Of a stretch of 64,000 nt of DNA, positions 59,333-64,000 are shown in pieces. This DNA comes from Acidobacteriota bacterium (GTDB lineage Bacteria; Acidobacteriota; UBA6911; RPQK01; JAJDTT01). The stretch lies in the NCBI GenBank assembly GCA_965217775.1, contig CBDCJH010000002.1, forward strand, positions 4,256,001 through 4,320,000. The letters are read 5' to 3'. How positions within the stretch are numbered: position 1 is the stretch's first letter; each line of letters opens with the position of its first letter. The notes below the pieces were generated by a model. That model made no database searches, was not told the DNA's origin, and saw only the letters and a program-made list of their open reading frames with translations. A program made the position numbers and the translations under genes.

Positions 59333-61144
59333 ATGCGCCGACTCACCATTCTGTTCTTCCTGGCCGGCTCTTCTCTGATCCATGCCGGGACCCGGATCAC
59401 CCTGGACGACCCCATGCCCCCTCCGGCGTGGGCTCTGGCGCAGCGTGCTCTCCTGGAGGCCAACGCCGAGGAGGCCCAGCGGCTCGCCCGCAGGTACATG
59501 GACGAACGAGGCTGGCTGGCCATCACGCCCAACTGGGGCGGGATGGACGGGGCCGACGACGTCATGGAGAGGTTCCGGCACTGGCCCCTGCTCTACATCC
59601 TGGGAGGATCCGAATCGGTCCTCGCCACCTACAAGAAGATCTGGGAGGGGCACCTGGAGCAGTACACCGAGGCCCGGGAGCCGCTGGTGGAGGTGGTCCG
59701 GGAAGGGATGTACTACCGGGAGTTCTGTCCTTCCTTCGACTGGGAGCATATCGGCGAAGGCATGGCGGGCTGGTACTGGTACGGGTTGGCGCGTCCCCGG
59801 GATCCCGGGTACCTGATCCGCGCCCGGCGGTTCAGCTCCTTCTACATGAACGAGGACCCGTCGGCTCCCAACTACGACCCGGAGCACAAGATCATCCGCA
59901 GCCTCTTCAGCGGTAGCCGGGGGCCCCTTCTGGGGGTTCCCACCGAGGCCCACTGGGCGGGGCCGCCCCGCCCCCGGCACGACCCCCGGCCGGGCCGGCC
60001 CAGGAGGACTCTCCGGTTCTCCCGCCAGGGCTACATGGTCGACCTGAGCGGCGACCATCCGTTGAACCTCATGGCCACCCACCTGGCCATGACGGCCTAC
60101 ATGCTCACCCACGAGGAGAAGTACCGGAGCTGGATCCTGGAGTACGTGGACGCCTGGAAGGAGCGGGCCCGGGAGAACGGCGGCAACATTCCCACCAATA
60201 TCGGCCTGGACGGCAGCATCGGAGGCCAGTGGGACGGGAAGTGGTACGGGGGAGTCTACGGCTGGAACTTCCGTCCCCGTTACGACGAGTTCACGCCCGA
60301 CCGTGAGGGAGAGCCCTACCCGGGGAGCAACATGTTCATCCGGGGATCGCGCATCGGTTTCGGCATCGCTCTGCTGTTGACGGGCAATCCCGAATACCCG
60401 GCCGTCCTTCGCCGCCAGATGGACAAACTGTACGCGGCCGGACGGGAAGAGAACGGACGGTTTCTGATTCCCCGCAAGCACGGCGACGACGGTTGGTACG
60501 GATATACCGAAAACGTCTATCTGGAAGAGCAGGTCGATCTCTATCTCTGGTCTCTCGACGGGCCGCCCGATCCTGTCCAACGGGGGCGGGTCTCGGCTCA
60601 CCCCTGGATCCGCTACCTGGAGGGCCGCCACGACGGCTACCCTCTGGAGGCGCTGCAACAGGATTTCGCCGTCATCGGCCGGCAGATGAAGCGGTTGCGG
60701 GAGGATGGGGCGACTCGCGACACCCGGTCCTCCACCGGTTTTGCTCGAACCGTCGCCGTCACCTCGCTGCTCCATTTGATGCTGGGAGCCAACTACCCGG
60801 GCGGATCGGGGAACGCGCTCCATGCGCAGGTGCGGTATTTCGATCCGGATCTACGGCGGCCCGGCCTGCCGCCCGGCGTCGCGGCGCTGGTGGAGAAGCT
60901 CGAGCCCGGATCGGTCACTCTGACGTTGGTCAACGTCAGCCCTGTTCACGCACGGGACGTCGTGGTCCAGACCGGCGGCTACGCCGAGCACAGGTGCATA
61001 TCGGTCACCCATGGAGACCGGGTGACGCCGGTGGACGAGTCCCATTTCCGGGTCCGGCTGGAGCCGGGGACTGGAGGGCGCCTGGTGTTGTCGCTGGACC
61101 GCTACTCGAACAGTCCCACTCTGGCATTTCCCTGGGATCGCTGA
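59333..61144 (+). CDS. Exported protein of unknown function
   Basis: GGAGG ribosome-binding site, signal peptide, 603-aa protein-like ORF rich in Trp/Tyr/Asp (WGGMDGADD, DWEHIGEG). Confidence 0.8.
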   Translation: MRRLTILFFLAGSSLIHAGTRITLDDPMPPPAWALAQRALLEANAEEAQRLARRYMDERGWLAITPNWGGMDGADDVMERFRHWPLLYILGGSESVLATYKKIWEGHLEQYTEAREPLVEVVREGMYYREFCPSFDWEHIGEGMAGWYWYGLARPRDPGYLIRARRFSSFYMNEDPSAPNYDPEHKIIRSLFSGSRGPLLGVPTEAHWAGPPRPRHDPRPGRPRRTLRFSRQGYMVDLSGDHPLNLMATHLAMTAYMLTHEEKYRSWILEYVDAWKERARENGGNIPTNIGLDGSIGGQWDGKWYGGVYGWNFRPRYDEFTPDREGEPYPGSNMFIRGSRIGFGIALLLTGNPEYPAVLRRQMDKLYAAGREENGRFLIPRKHGDDGWYGYTENVYLEEQVDLYLWSLDGPPDPVQRGRVSAHPWIRYLEGRHDGYPLEALQQDFAVIGRQMKRLREDGATRDTRSSTGFARTVAVTSLLHLMLGANYPGGSGNALHAQVRYFDPDLRRPGLPPGVAALVEKLEPGSVTLTLVNVSPVHARDVVVQTGGYAEHRCISVTHGDRVTPVDESHFRVRLEPGTGGRLVLSLDRYSNSPTLAFPWDR

Positions 61145-61249
61145 TCGTTTCTGCGCGGGGAGCGACGCTCAGGCGGAAGTTACGGGCGATTCTATTTTCG
61201 TCGGTCCCGGTCGGGGGCAATCGGGCCGGAGCGGTGTCGGGCAACCCCC

Positions 61250-64000
61250 TCAGGGGCAAAGGTTTTCCTCTCCCATCAGCGACGCCAGCAACTCCATGGA
61301 GGAGACCGCCTGTCGATCCGTGAAGTGATCGATCTGGTGCCGGCAGGAGAAACCGGGCGCCACCACCGCGGTCCCGGCGGCGGCTTCCCGGAGAGCCGGA
61401 AAGAGGCGCAGCTCTCCCACCGCGCGGGAGACCTCGTAGTGCTTGCGCTCGTAACCGAACATTCCGGCCATGCCGCAGCAGCCGCTGTCCAGCGGAGTGA
61501 CCTGCGCTCCCGGGATCCGGGACAGGAGTTCGACGGCCGGTCCCATTCCCACCAGGGCCTTCTGATGGCAGTGGCCGTGGAGCAGAATTTGTCGGGACTT
61601 CGGAAGTCCGTTTCCCAGCAGCCCGCCGACCTCCGCTTCCGGCAGAGCCTCCAGCGCCTTACCACACCACTCTTCGAAGGTTCGGGCCGCCCGGGCCACC
61701 GCTTGGGCCTGTTCCCGCATCGAGGCGGGCACCAGGTGCGGATGATCGTCGCGGACGGCCGAATAACAACTGGGCTCGCAGAAGACGATTGTGACCCCCC
61801 GCCGCACCAGGGGGATCAGGGTCCGGGTGCTGGATTCGGCCTGACGGACCGCCTGCCGCAGGAACCCCTTGGAGATGAGAGGCCGTCCGCAGCAGACCCG
61901 GGAGGGCACCACGACCCGGGCCCCCAGGCGCCGGGCCACCCGCACCGCGGCCACGGCATGCTGCGGCTCGAAGTAGTTGGTGAAGGTGTCGGCGAAGACG
62001 GCCACCTCTCCCTCGCCTCCGGCGGCGGCGCCTTCGCGGTGGCGGGCCCACCAGTCGAGAAAGGTCCGGCCGGCGAAGGCGGGAAGCCGGCGGCGGCGGT
62101 CCAGGCCCAAGAGCTTTTCGTTCAGCCAGCGGCTCAGTCTCCCGGCCGAGAGCCAGTTGGACACCGGCGCCAGACGGCTGCCCATGCGCGCCAGCAGATC
62201 CATGCGGGAGGCGACCCGAGCGCCGAGGGGAGCGCCGTGACGGGCATGGTAGTGGTGCAGGTACTCGCTCTTGAGCCGGGCCATGTCCACACCGGTGGGA
62301 CACTCGGTCTTGCAGGCCTTGCACTCCAGGCAGAGATCCAGCACCGGATACAGGTCCTTGTCCGCCAGACCGTCGGGGCCGAGCTGACCCGAGATGGCCA
62401 GGCGCAAGGCGTTGGCCCGGCCGCGGGTGACGTCGGTCTCGTCCCGGGTGGCCCGGTAGGAGGGACACATGGTGGCGGTGAGGCTCTGGCGACAGGCGCC
62501 CACCCCACTGCACTGCTCGGCGGCCCGTGAAATCCCTCCGTAGTCGGAGAAATCGAAGACGGTCTCCACCTCGCGGGTCGTGTAGTCCGTGCCGAACTTG
62601 AGATTCTCGGTGATGGGCGGCGCGTCGACGATCTTGCCTGGATTGAAGACGCCGGCGGGGTCGAAGGCCGCCTTGAGCCGGCGGAAGGCCTGGTACAGGA
62701 TCGGGCCGTACATCTTCTCCTGAAACGGGCTCCGGACCAGACCGTCCCCGTGCTCCGCCGAAAGGGCGCCGCCGTACTCCAGGACCAGGTCCGAGACCTC
62801 CCCGGCGATGCGGGCGAACTTCTCCACACCGTCCGCAGTCTTGAGATCCACTACGGGACGAACATGAAGTAGACCGACCGAGGCGTGGGCATAGAATCCT
62901 GCCCGGGTTTCGTGGCGCTCCAGCACTTCCATGAAGCGCCGGATGTACTCCTTGAGATGCTCCGGCGCCACCGCCGTGTCCTCCACGAAGGAGTGGGCCT
63001 TGGCGTCGCCCCGCTGGGACATGGACAAGCCGAGCCCGGCCTTGCGCAACCGCCAGATACGGGCCTGGGCCTCCGGCTTCAGGGCCCGGTGGAAGTGGCT
63101 GCCCATTTCCCGGTTCGCCAGATCCGCTTCCAGGCGGTCGACTCGCCCCGCGAGCTCCTGCAGCGTGTCTCCCGTGAGCTCCACCAGCAGGACGCCTCCG
63201 GGGTCTCCCACGATGAAGTCGCGCAACGGCTCATACTCGGTCTTGCCCTTGGTCGTATCCAGGATGAAGCGGTCCAGGAGCTCCACCGCCGACGGGCTAT
63301 GCTCCAGAATCGGAGACACCGCGTCCAGGGCATCCAGGACCCCGTCGAACTGGACCGAGCAGAGCACCCTCCGCTTGGGGAGTGGGACCAGGCGGAGCTT
63401 GGCCGCCACGGCCAGGCCCAGAGTGCCTTCCGATCCCACCATGATCCGGGACAGGTTGAAGGTGTCGGCCGAGGGGACGAAGTCGTCCAGGTTGTAGCCG
63501 CCGACCCGGCGCAGGATCTTGGGGTACCTCCGGTCGATCTCCGCGGCATGGCGGCGCGCCAGGTAGCGCACCATCCGGTAGCAGTGACCCTCCAGGTCCC
63601 GGCTCCGGCAGCGGGCGTCCAGATCTTCCTTCGCCACGGGAGCGAAATGCACCAGGCTCCCGTCCGAAAGCACCACGTCCAGCTCCAGAACGTAGTCGAT
63701 GGTCTTACCGTAGACCACGGAACGGGTCCCCGCCGAGTTGTTGGCCATGGCGCCGCCCACCGTGGCCCGGTTCGAGGTGGAGAGATCCAACGGCAGGACG
63801 AGGCCGTGGGGTTTGAGGGCGAGATTCAGCTCGTCCAGGACGATCCCCGGCTCCACCACCACGGTTCGGCCCTCCACGTCCAGGTCCAGGATCCGGTTCA
63901 TGTACTTGGAGAAGTCCAGTTGGAGGCCGCTGCCGATGGCCTGGCCCGCCTGGGAGGTCCCACCGCCCCGGGCGGTGATGGGAACGCCGTAGCGGCGGCA
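61250..64000 (-). CDS. FAD-binding/Fe-S oxidoreductase (GlcD-GlcF fusion, YdiJ-like); 5' end outside the window
   Basis: RGGGTSQAGQA upstream of the ORF-track start, GSEGTL, HASVGLLH, EHGDG, CLECKACKTECP, CCG motifs. Confidence 0.93.
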   Translation of the reverse strand, partial: CRRYGVPITARGGGTSQAGQAIGSGLQLDFSKYMNRILDLDVEGRTVVVEPGIVLDELNLALKPHGLVLPLDLSTSNRATVGGAMANNSAGTRSVVYGKTIDYVLELDVVLSDGSLVHFAPVAKEDLDARCRSRDLEGHCYRMVRYLARRHAAEIDRRYPKILRRVGGYNLDDFVPSADTFNLSRIMVGSEGTLGLAVAAKLRLVPLPKRRVLCSVQFDGVLDALDAVSPILEHSPSAVELLDRFILDTTKGKTEYEPLRDFIVGDPGGVLLVELTGDTLQELAGRVDRLEADLANREMGSHFHRALKPEAQARIWRLRKAGLGLSMSQRGDAKAHSFVEDTAVAPEHLKEYIRRFMEVLERHETRAGFYAHASVGLLHVRPVVDLKTADGVEKFARIAGEVSDLVLEYGGALSAEHGDGLVRSPFQEKMYGPILYQAFRRLKAAFDPAGVFNPGKIVDAPPITENLKFGTDYTTREVETVFDFSDYGGISRAAEQCSGVGACRQSLTATMCPSYRATRDETDVTRGRANALRLAISGQLGPDGLADKDLYPVLDLCLECKACKTECPTGVDMARLKSEYLHHYHARHGAPLGARVASRMDLLARMGSRLAPVSNWLSAGRLSRWLNEKLLGLDRRRRLPAFAGRTFLDWWARHREGAAAGGEGEVAVFADTFTNYFEPQHAVAAVRVARRLGARVVVPSRVCCGRPLISKGFLRQAVRQAESSTRTLIPLVRRGVTIVFCEPSCYSAVRDDHPHLVPASMREQAQAVARAARTFEEWCGKALEALPEAEVGGLLGNGLPKSRQILLHGHCHQKALVGMGPAVELLSRIPGAQVTPLDSGCCGMAGMFGYERKHYEVSRAVGELRLFPALREAAAGTAVVAPGFSCRHQIDHFTDRQAVSSMELLASLMGEENLCP

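Overview
GC-rich bacterial chromosome segment, most consistent with Acidobacteriota. This is an inference from the Oar-type TonB receptor, the amidase-GerMN-rph-rdgB block, lpxC and planctomycete-like DUF1549/1553/1501 genes. Contents from left to right: (1) a Fic toxin with a small putative antitoxin bracketed by GGGACAGTCT-core repeats; (2) housekeeping genes queC, a yyaL-like gene, rdgB, rph, GerMN, amidase, lpxC and moeB/thiF; (3) a Tat-exported sugar-catabolic cluster and an output-less Cache sensor; (4) a TonB receptor operon under a Fur-like palindrome, with a propeller protein, a small Cys/His protein and a DUF4198-like/Kelch fusion; (5) a TonB receptor-led polysaccharide-utilisation-like locus of uncharacterised beta-propeller hydrolases; (6) sulfatase, esterase and DUF1553/DUF1501 genes; (7) a rearranged region at 45.5-59.3 kb with two MITE families, a duplicated hydrolase, a collapsed gene scar, a GHKL-ATPase remnant and a VapBC pair; (8) an FAD/Fe-S oxidoreductase running off the right edge. 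No rRNA, tRNA, CRISPR array or intact transposase was seen. All product calls rest on motifs read by eye, not database searches.
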